Source: Novosphingobium sp. 28-62-57 (GTDB lineage Bacteria; Pseudomonadota; Alphaproteobacteria; Sphingomonadales; Sphingomonadaceae). From it: DNA of 64,000 nucleotides. This document shows, in pieces, positions 17,988 through 29,932 of the stretch (within the stretch, counting starts at the first letter, position 1; each line of letters starts with the position of its first letter). Below the pieces are notes generated by a model. It did not search any database. It was not told where the DNA came from and worked only from the letters and a program-made list of their open reading frames with translations. A program made the position numbers and the translations under genes. The stretch covers positions 80,475-144,474 of the forward strand of contig NZ_NCGO01000007.1 of NCBI RefSeq assembly GCF_002256985.1. Direction: 5' to 3'.

Positions 17988-19268
17988 TCAGAAATAATCC
18001 TTCACGGCCCGCAACAGCCGACTCGGCAGGCTCCAGCCCTGATAGGTGCCGCTGGGCGAATAGGCCGGGCCAATGCTGCGGATATCAACAGGATCGGCCG
18101 CCGCGAACAGGATCAGGCCCACCAAAGTGGTCGAACTGGGCGTGGCGTGGCCCGGCGGCAGGCCCAGCATCGTTGGCGGCGATCCGATCCGCACCGGGCG
18201 ACCCAGCGCGGATTGGGCATAGTCGGCAAGCCCCGGCAATTGCGCTCCGCCCCCGGTCAGCACCACCTGCTGCCCGGTCTGGCCGACAAAGCCCATGGCT
18301 TTGAGCGCCTTGGCAACTTCTTCAGTGAAAAAGCCCAGTTGCTGCGTGATGACCGAAATCAGCTCGGCACGCGGAATGCGGTTCTTGTCATCGGCATGGC
18401 GCGCCATGGGGCCGCCTTCGGGATCCCCCGGCGCATTGACCGGGATCATCTCGCGATGGTCAGCCGGGCTGGCAATGGCCGAACCGGACATGCATTTCAG
18501 CCGCTCTGCCTGATAACGGCGAATGCCAAAGGCCGAGGCGATGGCATCGGTGATATCGCCCGAACCGTACTGGATCACTTGCATGCCCAGCAGCATGCCA
18601 GCGGCGTGGACCGACACCGTGGTCACTTCCGCCCCGAATTCCACCAGCGCCACACCCAGTTCGCGCTCTTCGGGCGTCAGGCAGGCGTGGCCTGCGGCGA
18701 TGGGTGAGCCAACGACGGTCTCCACATCGAGATGCGCGTTCTGCACCGCTTCGCGCAAGTTGCGGATCGGCGCGCCATCGGCCAGCATGACATGGATATC
18801 CACGGCCAGCCGCTCTGCATGCAGGCCCTTGGGATTGGGCACGCCGTGCGCGCCATCGAGCGTATAGTGCGCAGGTTGCGCGTGCAGCACGGTGCGGCCA
18901 TCGGGCTCGATCACTTCGCGCCCAGCCACCAGCAGATGTTCGATATCGTCCTGCTCGATCCGGCGGCCGCCGATCTCGACCTCGACTTTGGCCGTGGTGC
19001 TGCCAAGGCCTGCGCCCGAACAGCCGATCCACACCTTCTGAATGCCGATATTGGCCATCTTTTCAGCGCGTTCGACAGCATCACGCACCGAATGGGTGGC
19101 GGCCTGCATATCAGTCACATAGCCGCGCTTGATCCCTTGCGCGGCCCGGTGGCCCGATCCCAGCACGACCATGTCGCCGGTTTCCGAAAGTCCTGCGATC
19201 ATCGCAGACACACGGAACGAGCCGATGTTGACGGCGGCAAAGACTTTGGTGATGCGCGGTGTGGCCAT
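17988..19268 (-). CDS. ftsA: Cell division protein FtsA
   Basis: NIGSFRV, GIKRG, GSGDIT.AIA, AERLK, VLTGGGAQL; position in the dcw cluster. Confidence 0.95.
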   Translation of the reverse strand: MATPRITKVFAAVNIGSFRVSAMIAGLSETGDMVVLGSGHRAAQGIKRGYVTDMQAATHSVRDAVERAEKMANIGIQKVWIGCSGAGLGSTTAKVEVEIGGRRIEQDDIEHLLVAGREVIEPDGRTVLHAQPAHYTLDGAHGVPNPKGLHAERLAVDIHVMLADGAPIRNLREAVQNAHLDVETVVGSPIAAGHACLTPEERELGVALVEFGAEVTTVSVHAAGMLLGMQVIQYGSGDITDAIASAFGIRRYQAERLKCMSGSAIASPADHREMIPVNAPGDPEGGPMARHADDKNRIPRAELISVITQQLGFFTEEVAKALKAMGFVGQTGQQVVLTGGGAQLPGLADYAQSALGRPVRIGSPPTMLGLPPGHATPSSTTLVGLILFAAADPVDIRSIGPAYSPSGTYQGWSLPSRLLRAVKDYF

Positions 19269-19277
19269 GGCTGCAGG

Positions 19278-20246
19278 TCAGCCCTCGTCCGCACGAGCAG
19301 CAGCGGCAATGCGCTTGGCCTGCGCCTTGGCTTCGGCCGCGGCGCGCTTCTGTTCGGCCATTTCATCGGCATGGCCGGGAACGCGCATATAGATGCGGTC
19401 CGGCGCGCGCATGTCGAACGCGGCGACCTTGCCACCCAGCAGGCGGTTGACCCCGTCCATGCGCGCAAAGCTCAGCAGTGCGCCCGCAGACTTTTCGTCA
19501 CCCTCTGGCAAAGCCAGCACTTGCCCGGTCTTGAAGGTCAGGTTCCAGCGGCGATTGCCGACCCACTCGGCCTCGGCCACTTGCGGCTTGAGCGCAGGCG
19601 CTGCCTCCAGCAGGCGGGACAGGTCCTGCACCCGCTTGCCCACGCCAAGGCCGTTCAACACCAGCATGCCCTTGGCCCGGTCAGGCTTGACCGTTTCCAG
19701 TTCGGTCCCGGTATCGTCGATCAGCACCAGCCGGTCAGGCTTGCGCAGCACGGCATGCGGGTTGCGCTCCACGATATCGATCACCAGCGTATCGGGCAGC
19801 TTGCGTGATACGCGCGCATCCTTGACCCACGAAATGGCGTTCAATTCCTCGCGCAGGCCCGCCAGATCAAGCGTGGTCATGGCGCGGTCATTCTGGCCGA
19901 GGACCTTTTCGTAGATCTTCTGCTCGTTCATGCGGTTCACGCCGCGCACTTCAAGGTGGCTGACTTTGAAGCCGGCGTCCGATGCAATCAGCGCGGCCTG
20001 TTCAGATGCCAGCGCGGGCACGCCTGCCATAACGGCAACAGTCCAGATGATCGCTGCGGTCACGGCGAGGATAAGCGCCATCACGATCTTGTGCAGCGTA
20101 TCTTCGCTGAACGGCATCCATGCCATTGCGCTGTCAAACAGCGATCCGGTCTGCTTGCGGGCGGTCTGGACCTTGCGCTGGGTCGTGCGCGCTGCTGCTG
20201 CGCGCCGCACGCCCTTTCCGCCACCACGCTTGATCGTCTGCGCCAT
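19278..20246 (-). CDS. ftsQ: Cell division protein FtsQ
   Basis: Single TM, POTRA (WVKDARVSRKLPDTL.I.IVER), GNRRW, DMR.PDR. Confidence 0.93.
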   Translation of the reverse strand: MAQTIKRGGGKGVRRAAAARTTQRKVQTARKQTGSLFDSAMAWMPFSEDTLHKIVMALILAVTAAIIWTVAVMAGVPALASEQAALIASDAGFKVSHLEVRGVNRMNEQKIYEKVLGQNDRAMTTLDLAGLREELNAISWVKDARVSRKLPDTLVIDIVERNPHAVLRKPDRLVLIDDTGTELETVKPDRAKGMLVLNGLGVGKRVQDLSRLLEAAPALKPQVAEAEWVGNRRWNLTFKTGQVLALPEGDEKSAGALLSFARMDGVNRLLGGKVAAFDMRAPDRIYMRVPGHADEMAEQKRAAAEAKAQAKRIAAAARADEG

Positions 20247-20249
20247 GGT

Positions 20250-21203
20250 TCAGACCTTTCTTTCGTCAGCTTTGGCGTCCTGGAGGGCCTCGGCAATGAT
20301 CGCCTCGACCAGATCGGGATAGTCCATACCCAAAGCCTTGGCCTGTTCGGGCACGAGGCTCAATGGAGTCATGCCGGGCTGGGTGTTCACTTCGAGCAGG
20401 AACAGCCCTTCGACACCTTGCGTATCATCCCAGCGGAAGTCCGACCGACTGGTGCCCTTGCACCCCAGCAACTGGTGCGCGCGCAAGGCAATCTGCTTGC
20501 AGGCCTGCGTGATTTCCTCAGGGATTTCAGCCGGGCAGATATGGTCGGTCATGCCTTCGGTGTACTTGGCATCGAAATCATAGAAACCAGACTTGGGCCG
20601 CAGTTCGGTGACCAGCAGCGCACGGTCTCCAATCACGGCGGTGGTCAATTCAAGCCCGCGAATGAAGGGTTCGGCCAGCAACTGGTCGAATTCTTGCCAC
20701 GGGCCTTTGCTATCCGCGCTGATCGGGTTGCCGTAATTGCCATCGGCGGTGACGATGGCGACGCCAACCGATGACCCCTCATTCACCGGCTTGAGCACAT
20801 AGGGGCGCGGCAGGGGATCCACTTTGAAGAGGTCCGCCACTTTGACCATGCGCCCGCCGGGCATGGGGATGCCATGTGGGACCAGCGCTTGCTTGGTCAG
20901 TTCCTTGTCAATCGCGACGACCGAGGTGGCAAGGCCCGAATGGGTATAAGTCAGGCCCATGATGTCCATCAGGCCCTGAATCGAGCCGTCTTCTCCGGGC
21001 GTGCCGTGCAGCGCATTGAACACCACATCGGGCTTGGCTTCGGACAGCCGCAGCGCCACATCGCGGTCCATGTCGATGCGGGTGACGGTGTGGCCCTTCG
21101 ATTCCAGCGCCTTGGCCACGCCCTCGCCCGACATGAGGCTGACCGGGCGCTCGCTCGACCAGCCGCCCATCAATACGGCTACGTGGAGTTTGGGGAGAGT
21201 CAC
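20250..21203 (-). CDS. ddl: D-alanine--D-alanine ligase
   Basis: VLMGG.SSER.VSL.SG, LHG..GEDG, KP..EGSSVG, LEVNTQPGMT..SLVP; GTG start overlaps the murB stop. Confidence 0.95.
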   Translation of the reverse strand: MTLPKLHVAVLMGGWSSERPVSLMSGEGVAKALESKGHTVTRIDMDRDVALRLSEAKPDVVFNALHGTPGEDGSIQGLMDIMGLTYTHSGLATSVVAIDKELTKQALVPHGIPMPGGRMVKVADLFKVDPLPRPYVLKPVNEGSSVGVAIVTADGNYGNPISADSKGPWQEFDQLLAEPFIRGLELTTAVIGDRALLVTELRPKSGFYDFDAKYTEGMTDHICPAEIPEEITQACKQIALRAHQLLGCKGTSRSDFRWDDTQGVEGLFLLEVNTQPGMTPLSLVPEQAKALGMDYPDLVEAIIAEALQDAKADERKV

Positions 21204-22192
21204 TTGCGACCAATCCTTTTGATTTCCCATTCGAGGTCCACGCCTGCGCTGTCTTTCACGCGGCGGCGCACTTCCTCGCCCAGCGCTTCGATCTCGGCGC
21301 TCGTCGCCTCACCGGTGTTGATCAGGAAGTTGGTGTGCTTTTCGCTCACTTGCGCACCCCCCATGGTGAGGCCCCGGCAACCGGCCTTGTCCACCAGTTC
21401 CCATGCCTTGTGGCCATCCGGGTTCTTGAACGTCGACCCGCCGGTCTTGGAGCGAAGCGGCTGCGAGGCTTCGCGTGCGGCGCTGATGCGGTCCATTTCG
21501 GCCTGAATGGCCGCCGGTTCGCCCGGTTCACCGCGAAAGCGTGCGGCGACCACGATGCAGCCGTCAGTCAGGTCAGAATGGCGGTAGGTGTAGCCCAGTT
21601 CCGACAGCGGCAGCGTGGCGATCTCGCCCGAGCGGATCACGACGTCGCAATCCACCAGCACATCCTTGACCTCGCGGCCATAGGCCCCGCCATTCATGCG
21701 CACGAAGCCGCCCACGGTGCCGGGGATGGAGCGCAGGAATTCAAGGCCAGCAATGCCATGGTCGCGCGCGGTGGAGGACACGAGAATGCCGCTGGCCCCG
21801 CCGCCGCAGTTGAGGGTGGTTTCATCTGTGCGTTTGACTTTAGCGAAAGCCTTGCCGAGGCGGATGACGACGCCCGGAACACCGCCATCGCGCACGATCA
21901 GGTTGGAGCCAAGGCCAAGCGCCATGACCGGCACGTCGGGCGCGAGATTGGCGAGGAAGTCCTGCAGGTCGGCCAAGTCTTTGGGTTCAAACAGCCAATC
22001 GGCCGTGCCGCCGGATTTGAACCAGACCAGCGGGGCGAGCGGGGCGTTGGGGGTGAGTTTGCCGCGAAAGGTTGGAGGCACCACCCCCCGACCCCCTCCT
22101 CTGAAGAGGAGGGGGAGATTGATAGCGCTTACTTGCCCCCCCTCCTCTTTAGAGGAGGGGGCTGGGGGGTGGTGGTGATCCAAAGCGCTCAC
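21200..22192 (-). CDS. murB: UDP-N-acetylmuramate dehydrogenase, with an in-frame palindromic insert near the N-terminus
   Basis: [44 protein letters not shown]; GTG start overlaps the murC stop. Confidence 0.95.
   Translation of the reverse strand: MSALDHHHPPAPSSKEEGGQVSAINLPLLFRGGGRGVVPPTFRGKLTPNAPLAPLVWFKSGGTADWLFEPKDLADLQDFLANLAPDVPVMALGLGSNLIVRDGGVPGVVIRLGKAFAKVKRTDETTLNCGGGASGILVSSTARDHGIAGLEFLRSIPGTVGGFVRMNGGAYGREVKDVLVDCDVVIRSGEIATLPLSELGYTYRHSDLTDGCIVVAARFRGEPGEPAAIQAEMDRISAAREASQPLRSKTGGSTFKNPDGHKAWELVDKAGCRGLTMGGAQVSEKHTNFLINTGEATSAEIEALGEEVRRRVKDSAGVDLEWEIKRIGRK
22079..22174. repeat. 96-bp inverted pair of CCCCCTCCTCT-NN-AGAGGAGGGGG hairpins inside the murB ORF
   Basis: Perfect hairpins at 22092-22115 and 22138-22161, flanked by CACCACCCCCC/GGGGGGTGGTG; length is exactly 32 codons. 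Confidence 0.9.
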
Positions 22193-23616
22193 GCCACAGC
22201 CCTCTCAGCCGCAATCGCATCGGCCAGACCCGCCGCCCACTTGGTGATGTCGCCCGCGCCAAGGCACACGACCATGTCGCCTGCCTGCACCGTAGCCGCC
22301 AGTTCGCGCGCCAGGGCATCCGGCCCGGCGATCAGGTGCGCACTGCGATGCCCGCGCGCCTTGATGCCTTCGACCATCGCTGCGCTGTCCACGCCCTCAA
22401 TCGGCGCTTCTCCCGCAGGATAGACCGGCGCAGCATAGACCACATCGGCATCATTGAACGCGCCCTGAAACTCTTCCATGTGATCGCGCAAGCGCGTGAA
22501 GCGGTGCGGCTGGACCACGGCGATTACGCGGCCCCCCTGACCTTCTCTGGGCACACCTTCGCGCGCGGCGGCGAGAACGGCGCGGATTTCGACCGGGTGG
22601 TGGCCGTAATCGTCGATTACGGTGACTCCGTCTACCTCGCCCACCTTGGTGAAGCGGCGCTTGACGCCGCCGAACTTGGCAAAGCCGGTGCAGATCAGAT
22701 CGTCCGACACGCCCATTTCCACTGCGACTGCCACAGCCGCAAGCGCGTTCTGCACATTGTGGCGGCCCGGCATCGGCAGTTCGAGCCCTTCGATGCGGCG
22801 GAACGAGCCATCGCGCTGGCGCAGCAGCACATCGAAACGGTTACCGCCCGGGATCGGCGTCACGGCTTCACCCCGAACGTCGGCCTGCGCGGAGAAGCCG
22901 TAGGTTATCACTCGGCGGTCGCGTACCTTGGGGATGATCGCTTGCACTTCAGGATGATCAATACATAGCATCGCCGCGCCATAGAACGGCACGTTTTCAA
23001 TGAATTCCACGAAAGCGGACTTCACCTTGTCAAAGCTGCCGTAGTGATCGAGGTGTTCGGGATCGATGTTGGTGACGACCGCCAGCGTGCCATCGAGACG
23101 CAGGAACGAACCGTCGCTCTCGTCAGCCTCGACCACCATCCACTCGCTGTCACCCAGCCGTGCGTTGGAGCCGTAGGAATTGATGATGCCGCCGTTGATC
23201 ACGGTCGGATCCACCCCGCCCGCATCGAGCAGGCACGCGATCATCGAGGTCGTGGTAGTCTTGCCGTGCGTTCCGGCCACAGCCACGGTGTTTTTCAGCC
23301 GCATCAGTTCGGCCAGCATTTCAGCCCGGCGGACAACGGGGATGCGGTTTTCGAGCGCGGCGACGACTTCGGGGTTATCGCGCTTGACGGCAGTGGAAGT
23401 GACGACCACGGCCACACCATCGACGTTTTCGGACTTCTGCCCGATCATCACCGTGATGCCACGCTTGCGCAGGCCGTCGACCACATAGCTCTCGGCCATG
23501 TCCGACCCCTGCACCGCATAGCCCATGTTGTGCATCACTTCGGCAATGCCCGACATGCCAATCCCGCCGATGCCGACAAAGTGGATCGTGCCGATTTCAG
23601 TGCCGACGCCCTTCAC
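22189..23616 (-). CDS. murC: UDP-N-acetylmuramate--L-alanine ligase
   Basis: [42 protein letters not shown]; GTG start overlaps the murG stop. Confidence 0.96.
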   Translation of the reverse strand: MKGVGTEIGTIHFVGIGGIGMSGIAEVMHNMGYAVQGSDMAESYVVDGLRKRGITVMIGQKSENVDGVAVVVTSTAVKRDNPEVVAALENRIPVVRRAEMLAELMRLKNTVAVAGTHGKTTTTSMIACLLDAGGVDPTVINGGIINSYGSNARLGDSEWMVVEADESDGSFLRLDGTLAVVTNIDPEHLDHYGSFDKVKSAFVEFIENVPFYGAAMLCIDHPEVQAIIPKVRDRRVITYGFSAQADVRGEAVTPIPGGNRFDVLLRQRDGSFRRIEGLELPMPGRHNVQNALAAVAVAVEMGVSDDLICTGFAKFGGVKRRFTKVGEVDGVTVIDDYGHHPVEIRAVLAAAREGVPREGQGGRVIAVVQPHRFTRLRDHMEEFQGAFNDADVVYAAPVYPAGEAPIEGVDSAAMVEGIKARGHRSAHLIAGPDALARELAATVQAGDMVVCLGAGDITKWAAGLADAIAAERAVA

Positions 23617-24827
23617 TTGGTCTCTCCGTTTGCGTGCGCGCGCTTTGCAAGCTGCTCCTGCCCCGATGGCACGGCGCTGCGCTTTTCGACGCGGATCACG
23701 TCCATGATCGGATCGCCGCCGAACCCTTCGACCAGATCGGCCAGATCGCTGACGGCATTGGGCAAGCCGCAGTTCCACGCCGCATGCGCCGCATTGGCGA
23801 GGGTTTGCGGGTGCTGGGCCATAACCTGAATCTGCTTGGCCAGCTCCTTTGGCGTAAAGCCGGTCTGGCGGATCGCGCGTGCGCCGCCTGCCGCCACCAT
23901 TTCGCGCGTGTTGGCGGCCTGATGATCGTCGGTGGCGATGGGCAGCGGGATCAGGATGGCGGGGCGGCCCACGGCGGTCAGTTCAGCAATGGTCGAAGCC
24001 CCAGCGCGGCCGATAAACAGATGCGCGCCGGCCAGGCGGGCCTGCATGTCTTCAAAATAGGTGCCAAGTTCAGCCGGAATCTCATGCGTGGCATAGCGCG
24101 CGCGCACGGCTTCAAGGTCCTCAGGGCGGCACTGCTGCGTCACCTGCAAGCGGTGGCGCAAGGCTGGTGGCAGCATCGCGAGGCCATCAGGCACCACCTC
24201 TGACAGGATCGAAGCGCCCTGACTTCCGCCCGTCACCAGCACGCGGAACAGACTGTCTTCGGTGAATTCGGGGAAAGCCTCACCGCGCAAGGCCAGCACT
24301 TCGGGCCGCACCGGATTGCCCACACGGTGGACCTTGCCCCACAGCTTGGGATCGAGCCGATCAACCTCACCATAAGCCGTGGCGATGGCATCGACCCGGC
24401 CCGAGAGGAAGCGGTTGACGCGGCCCAGCACGGCGTTCTGTTCGTGGATTACCGTCGGGATCTTGGCCGCACGTGCCGCCAACAAGGCAGGCAGTGCAGG
24501 ATACCCGCCAAAGCCGATGACGCACGAGGGCTGAAAGCTTTCAAACAGGCGCAGCGCCATAGCCCGGCCCTGCCAGATGGCGCGCAACCCCTTGGCCAGC
24601 GCAACCGGGTTCTTGGCCAGACGTCCGGCGGGAAGCACATGGGCTGGCATGAAATCGGGCTTGCCGGGGATCATCGCCCCGCGTTCATCGGTGACCAGTG
24701 CAACATGGTGGCCGCGCCGGTCCAGTTCGATCGCCAAGGCAAAAGCGGGGATCAGATGGCCGCCGGTGCCGCCCGCAGCCAGCACGAAATGCCGGGAAAC
24801 GCCGATGGCCGGATTGGGGGCGTTCAT
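23613..24827 (-). CDS. murG: Undecaprenyl-PP-MurNAc-pentapeptide GlcNAc transferase
   Basis: GGTGGH..P, GFGGY, HEQN..LG.VN, GGSQGA, RAGAST, DDHQ..N. Confidence 0.96.
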   Translation of the reverse strand: MNAPNPAIGVSRHFVLAAGGTGGHLIPAFALAIELDRRGHHVALVTDERGAMIPGKPDFMPAHVLPAGRLAKNPVALAKGLRAIWQGRAMALRLFESFQPSCVIGFGGYPALPALLAARAAKIPTVIHEQNAVLGRVNRFLSGRVDAIATAYGEVDRLDPKLWGKVHRVGNPVRPEVLALRGEAFPEFTEDSLFRVLVTGGSQGASILSEVVPDGLAMLPPALRHRLQVTQQCRPEDLEAVRARYATHEIPAELGTYFEDMQARLAGAHLFIGRAGASTIAELTAVGRPAILIPLPIATDDHQAANTREMVAAGGARAIRQTGFTPKELAKQIQVMAQHPQTLANAAHAAWNCGLPNAVSDLADLVEGFGGDPIMDVIRVEKRSAVPSGQEQLAKRAHANGETK

Positions 24828-26059
24828 TTGCGCACCAGTTCTGCAATGTCGAACTTCTCGCGCGACAGGTAGGGATTGCGGCGCGTGATCGCCAGCAGCA
24901 GCCCCACACCAAGGAGCAGCGCAATCGTGGATGATCCGCCATAGCTGATAAGCGGCAAGGTCATGCCTTTCGAAGGGAATATCTGCACGTTGACAAGGAT
25001 GTTGATGAACGCCTGCCCCACCAACTGCGCGGTCAAACCAGCAGCGGCAAGGATGGTGAACATGTCATCCTCATCCAGCAGGCGCATCAGCACGCGCAGC
25101 GCGATTGCACAATAGATCAGGACGATCACCGCACAGGCAATCAGCCCGAATTCCTCTCCGATCACCGAAAAGATATAATCGGTATGCGCTTCGGGCAGAG
25201 CATTCTTGCGGCTGCCGAGCCACAGGCCCGTGCCGCTCCACCCGCCGTTGGTCAGCGTACGCATGGCCAGATCAACCTGATCGAATTCGCTGCCGCCGGA
25301 GATGAAGCTGTCGATACGGTGTGTGGCATTGGGATAGAACAGATAGGCCGCTATTCCCACCAGCACACCGCCGCCCAAGGACCAGATGATCTTGTTCAAC
25401 GACAGACCGGAAAGCAGGACCAGCACAAACCAAACGCCGCCAAACAGCACCGTCGAACCAAAATCGGGCTGCGCCATGAGCAGCACGCCCACCAGCCCCA
25501 TGATGCCGACTGTGACCGGAATGACCGGAATGTTCGGATCGCGCACCCGCCATGACAGGATCCATGCCAGCGCAATGGCAAAGCCGGGCTTGAGAAATTC
25601 GGACGGTTGCAGGCTGAAGCCCAGCCACAGCCAGCGCCGCGCGCCCTTCACTTCGCTGCCAACCAGCGGCACCAGCATCAGGCCGATCACCATTGCCACC
25701 GCCAGCAGGATCGCCGCGCGCCGCGCCGCTTCCTTGGGCAGGACCGAGGCAAAGAACATTGCCACCATACCCACCGCCACCCAGCGCAGGTGAATCCAGA
25801 AGAAATAGAGATCGCCCAAAGACTTCTTGGCCGTAGACAGGCGATGCGCACTGGCCGGAGACGAGGCTGCCACCGCGATGCAGCCAATGGCCACCAGCGA
25901 CAGGATCAGCGTCAGCAGCACACGATCAATCTCGCGCCACCAGATCAGCAATTCGCTGCGGCGGCTGCGGCGAAAGCGCGCGCCATGGCCCACCACTCGC
26001 ACCCCGCCATCGGGCGTGGGGGTGGTGACCAGACGGGTGGGCGTGGGCGCTGTGCTCAT
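24824..26059 (-). CDS. ftsW: SEDS peptidoglycan polymerase FtsW
   Basis: GARRWL, QPSEF.K, QPDFG, LPEAHTDYIFSVIGEE, KGMTLPLISYGGSS. Confidence 0.96.
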   Translation of the reverse strand: MSTAPTPTRLVTTPTPDGGVRVVGHGARFRRSRRSELLIWWREIDRVLLTLILSLVAIGCIAVAASSPASAHRLSTAKKSLGDLYFFWIHLRWVAVGMVAMFFASVLPKEAARRAAILLAVAMVIGLMLVPLVGSEVKGARRWLWLGFSLQPSEFLKPGFAIALAWILSWRVRDPNIPVIPVTVGIMGLVGVLLMAQPDFGSTVLFGGVWFVLVLLSGLSLNKIIWSLGGGVLVGIAAYLFYPNATHRIDSFISGGSEFDQVDLAMRTLTNGGWSGTGLWLGSRKNALPEAHTDYIFSVIGEEFGLIACAVIVLIYCAIALRVLMRLLDEDDMFTILAAAGLTAQLVGQAFINILVNVQIFPSKGMTLPLISYGGSSTIALLLGVGLLLAITRRNPYLSREKFDIAELVRK

Positions 26060-26069
26060 TGTCCAGTGC

Positions 26070-27401
26070 TCATATGCCGATTTCCGGGGGGCAAGGGCTG
26101 CTGCGGTCTTCGATCAGCGCTTCGACGATCTGGCGAAAACTGTCGCCGCGCGCTTCGAAATCGCGGAACTGGTCAAAGCTGGCACAGGCCGGAGACAGCA
26201 TCACGACATCGCCGGGCTGCGCCGCTTCCATGGCCTGCCGCACCGCATCGCACATCATCTCGCTGCGCGTGACAGGCATGACAGGTTCGAGCAAGTCGGC
26301 AAACATCGGCCCGGCCTCACCGATGGTATAGGCAGCCACGACGTTGCCGAAATAGGGCGCGCATTCATCCAGATTGTCGCTCTTGGGCAAGCCGCCCAGA
26401 ATCCAGTGGATGCGGGGATAAGCGCCAAGCGCCGGTGCGGTGGACGCCGCATTGGTGGCCTTGCTGTCGTTGACGAACAGCACGCCGTTGGCCTCAGCCA
26501 CCCGCTCCATACGGTGCGGCAGGCCAACAAAGCTGGCCAGCGCGGGCCGCCACACCTTTTCACCAATGCCAAGCTGCTGCGCAATCGCAACGGCGATGGC
26601 AGCGTTCTGCAGATTGTGCGGCCCTTGCAGCGAAGGCCAATCGCCCTGCCCCTGCAGCAGTTCCGGCTCTACCACATGGACGAACCCGGGTTCGTGTCGC
26701 GCGGAAGTTTGCAGGGCGATGTTTAAAGTGTGCTGATCACCGCGGCCAAACACCGCATGGTGGCGCGCTGACTGCATCTGAAACAGCCGTGCCTTGGCCG
26801 CAGCATAGCCTTCAAAACCATCATAGCGGTCCAGGTGATCGGGGCTCAGATTGATCAGCGCGGCCACATCGCAATCGAGGCTATGCGTCAGGTCGATCTG
26901 GTAGCTGGACAATTCCAGCACATAGACGCCGCCTTCTGGCAACGGCTCCTGCCCCAGAACGGGCAACCCGATATTGCCGCCAAGCCGCGCCTCAAAGCCT
27001 GCGGCCTTACAGATGTGGTGGACCAGCATGGTTGTGGTCGATTTGCCGTTCGTGCCAGTAATCCCGACGACCTTGTGCGGCGGCAGATCGGCGCGCGCTT
27101 GGGCAAACAGTTCGATATCGCCAATCACCGGCACACCGAACGATGCGGCATGGGCAGCGATGGGATGGCGGTTCAGCGGAACGCCGGGGCTGACGACCAC
27201 CCCTGCAAAACCGGTCAGATCAATCGCCAGCGGATCGGCAATCTGGCAACGTCCTTCATAAGCAGCGCGCGGTTCTTCGCGGCTATCCCACACGGTAACT
27301 TCTGCCCCGCCCGCCAGCAGCGCCTCGACGCTGGCCTGCCCCGAACGGGCAAGGCCGAGCACTGCAAAGCGCTTGCCGGCAAAGGTGGGCGAGACGATCA
27401 T
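26070..27401 (-). CDS. murD: UDP-MurNAc-L-Ala--D-glutamate ligase
   Basis: [47 protein letters not shown]. Confidence 0.96.
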   Translation of the reverse strand: MIVSPTFAGKRFAVLGLARSGQASVEALLAGGAEVTVWDSREEPRAAYEGRCQIADPLAIDLTGFAGVVVSPGVPLNRHPIAAHAASFGVPVIGDIELFAQARADLPPHKVVGITGTNGKSTTTMLVHHICKAAGFEARLGGNIGLPVLGQEPLPEGGVYVLELSSYQIDLTHSLDCDVAALINLSPDHLDRYDGFEGYAAAKARLFQMQSARHHAVFGRGDQHTLNIALQTSARHEPGFVHVVEPELLQGQGDWPSLQGPHNLQNAAIAVAIAQQLGIGEKVWRPALASFVGLPHRMERVAEANGVLFVNDSKATNAASTAPALGAYPRIHWILGGLPKSDNLDECAPYFGNVVAAYTIGEAGPMFADLLEPVMPVTRSEMMCDAVRQAMEAAQPGDVVMLSPACASFDQFRDFEARGDSFRQIVEALIEDRSSPCPPEIGI

Positions 27402-28462
27402 CGCACCTTCAGCGTGGCAAGGCCGATCAGCGCCAGCACGATCGATACGATCCAGAAGCGGATCACGACGGTCGATTCCTTCCAGCCCAACTGTTCGAAG
27501 TGATGGTGGATCGGGGCCATGCGGAACACGCGCTTTCCGGTGCGCTTGTAGACTGCCACCTGCACGATCACCGAAACGGCCTCCATCACGAACAGCCCGC
27601 CGACGATGGCCAGCACGATCTCATGATGCGCGGCCACCGCGATAACACCCAGCGCGCCGCCAAGCGCGAGGCTTCCGGTATCGCCCATGAACACGGCCGC
27701 TGGCGGCGCGTTGAACCACAGGAAGGCCAGCCCCGCCCCCATCATCGCCGCGCAGAAGATCGCGAGTTCACCCGCGCCCTTTACGTGCGGGATGCCAAGG
27801 TAGCTGGAATAGTCCACGCGGCCTGCCAGATAGGCGATGATTGCGAACGTGCCTGCGGCAATGATCACCGGCATGATCGCCAGACCATCCAGCCCATCGG
27901 TCAGGTTCACGGCATTGCCCGCGCCAACAATCACAAAGATGGCAAAGAGATAGTAAAACGGCCCCAGCGGAATGTAGAGGTTGCTGAACACTGGCACATA
28001 GAGGTTCGTCTCCCCCACAGCCAGCCACGCCGCCAGCGCGGCTACGACGAACTCCCCGGCAAGGCGGACCTTGGCTGGCACGCCTTTGTGCGCATACTTG
28101 GTGACCTTGTCGTAATCATCGAGGAACCCGATCAGGCCAAAGCCCAGCGTCACGACAATGCACGACCACAGCAGGCGGCTGGTCATGTCCATCCACAGCA
28201 GCAGCGAAAGCAGCAGCGCGGTCACGATCATCAACCCGCCCATTGTGGGCGTGCCACGTTTGGCCAGGTGGGTTTGCGGGCCGTCTTCGCGGATTGGCTG
28301 GCCTTTGCCCTGGCGGACGCGCAGCATGTTGATGAAGCGCGGACCGATGATCAGGCCGATCAGCAGCGCGGTGAGCAGGGTAATGCCCGCGCGGAAGGTC
28401 TGGTAACGGATGAGGTTGCTGAAACCTTCAAAATTCAGCCATTCGGCCAGCTGATAGAGCAT
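27398..28462 (-). CDS. mraY: Phospho-MurNAc-pentapeptide transferase
   Basis: [42 protein letters not shown]. Confidence 0.97.
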   Translation of the reverse strand: MLYQLAEWLNFEGFSNLIRYQTFRAGITLLTALLIGLIIGPRFINMLRVRQGKGQPIREDGPQTHLAKRGTPTMGGLMIVTALLLSLLLWMDMTSRLLWSCIVVTLGFGLIGFLDDYDKVTKYAHKGVPAKVRLAGEFVVAALAAWLAVGETNLYVPVFSNLYIPLGPFYYLFAIFVIVGAGNAVNLTDGLDGLAIMPVIIAAGTFAIIAYLAGRVDYSSYLGIPHVKGAGELAIFCAAMMGAGLAFLWFNAPPAAVFMGDTGSLALGGALGVIAVAAHHEIVLAIVGGLFVMEAVSVIVQVAVYKRTGKRVFRMAPIHHHFEQLGWKESTVVIRFWIVSIVLALIGLATLKVR

Positions 28463-29932
28463 TCACTGTTCCCTGGCGGCAAGCGAACGCACGATCGCGC
28501 CCAGCCCTACCGAATTCGACCCCTTGACGAGCAGGGCATCACCACCGCGCACGCCATCGGCCGCGAGACACTGCGCTGCTTCGGCCGCAGTCTGCACATG
28601 CGTTACATCGATTCGGGCGGCAAGCGATGATGCGCCGCTTTTCCCCAGCACTTGCGCCAATGGGGCCATTTCGGTCCCGACCAGCACCAGCTTATCGACT
28701 TTGCCTTCGGCAATCGGCCCGGCAAGTTCGGCGTGATAGCGAGCCTCATCTGCGCCCAGTTCCTTCATCGCGCCCAGAATGGCCACACGCCGGGCCGCAG
28801 GCGTCGCCCCCAACTGGCGCAAGGTCACCGCCATGGACGCGGGATTGGCGTTATAGCTTTCATCGATCAGCAGCGCAGTGCCAGACCCATCGCCCCCCTG
28901 CGCCGGGATGGTGTGGCGCGCGCCGCGTCCGGCAAGGCCTTCCATTTCCGCCAGCGCAAGCCCCGCCGCGCCAAGGTCTCCGCCGATCGCCTCAACCGCG
29001 GCCATGATCGCCAGCGAATTGGCCACCCAGTGCTCGCCGGGCTGCGAAATCGTGTAGCACACCTTGCGCCCGCCCAGATCGGCGGTGACCAGTGTCCCGC
29101 CATGAGCCGAAGCCACCGCATCAAGCAGGCGCACATTGGCATCGGCATGGCGGCCAAAGCTCACCACCCGTTCGGCGTGCTGCACGGCCTTGGCGCGGAG
29201 GCGTTCATAGTGCCGGTTGTCGTGCGGGATAATGGCAACGCCGCCGTGCTCAAGCCCTTCAAAGATCTCGGCCTTGGCATCGGCTATGCCCTCCTCGCCC
29301 GCAAAATGGCCGATGTGTGCAGGCGCAATCGTGGTGATGATCGCCACATGCGGCCGCACCAGTTGCGTCAGCGCGGACAATTCGCCCGCATGGTTCATGC
29401 CCATTTCGAACACGCCAAAGCTGGTGCGCGCGGGCATCCGGGCAAGGCTCAGCGGGACGCCCACATGGTTGTTGTAGCTCTTGACCGAACGGTGCGCCCG
29501 GCCCCTGCTCGCCCGGTCGAGCGCGGCATAGAGCGCCTCTTTAACCCCGGTCTTCCCCGCAGAGCCGGTCACACCAATAATCCCGGCATCCACCCGCGCG
29601 CGCGCGGCCTTGCCCAGGTCCTCCAGCGCGGTTGCGGTGTTGGCGACGAGGACGTGCGGGCCAAAGCTGGCATGCTCCACCACCGCGCCTGATGCACCAC
29701 GCGCAGTGGCGCCTTCAAGGTAGCGATGGCCGTCCGAAGCCTCACCCTTCAGCGCAAAAAAGAGATCGCCTTCCACCACTTCGCGGCTGTCGATCTCCAC
29801 GCCGGACACGGCAAAATGGGCGCTGGCCCGCCCACCGGTGGCGTGGGCGATGTCCTCGCTGGTCCAAAGCGCAAGACCCGCCGCATCCGACGGGTCTTCT
29901 GGCCATGAAATAAGCGCGGGATGGGCGGTCAT
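28463..29932 (-). CDS. murF: UDP-MurNAc-tripeptide--D-Ala-D-Ala ligase
   Basis: IDSR, GVTGSAGKT..KE, SYNNHVGVP, EMGMNHAGE, DESYNANP.SM; ATG overlaps the murE stop. Confidence 0.95.
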   Translation of the reverse strand: MTAHPALISWPEDPSDAAGLALWTSEDIAHATGGRASAHFAVSGVEIDSREVVEGDLFFALKGEASDGHRYLEGATARGASGAVVEHASFGPHVLVANTATALEDLGKAARARVDAGIIGVTGSAGKTGVKEALYAALDRASRGRAHRSVKSYNNHVGVPLSLARMPARTSFGVFEMGMNHAGELSALTQLVRPHVAIITTIAPAHIGHFAGEEGIADAKAEIFEGLEHGGVAIIPHDNRHYERLRAKAVQHAERVVSFGRHADANVRLLDAVASAHGGTLVTADLGGRKVCYTISQPGEHWVANSLAIMAAVEAIGGDLGAAGLALAEMEGLAGRGARHTIPAQGGDGSGTALLIDESYNANPASMAVTLRQLGATPAARRVAILGAMKELGADEARYHAELAGPIAEGKVDKLVLVGTEMAPLAQVLGKSGASSLAARIDVTHVQTAAEAAQCLAADGVRGGDALLVKGSNSVGLGAIVRSLAAREQ

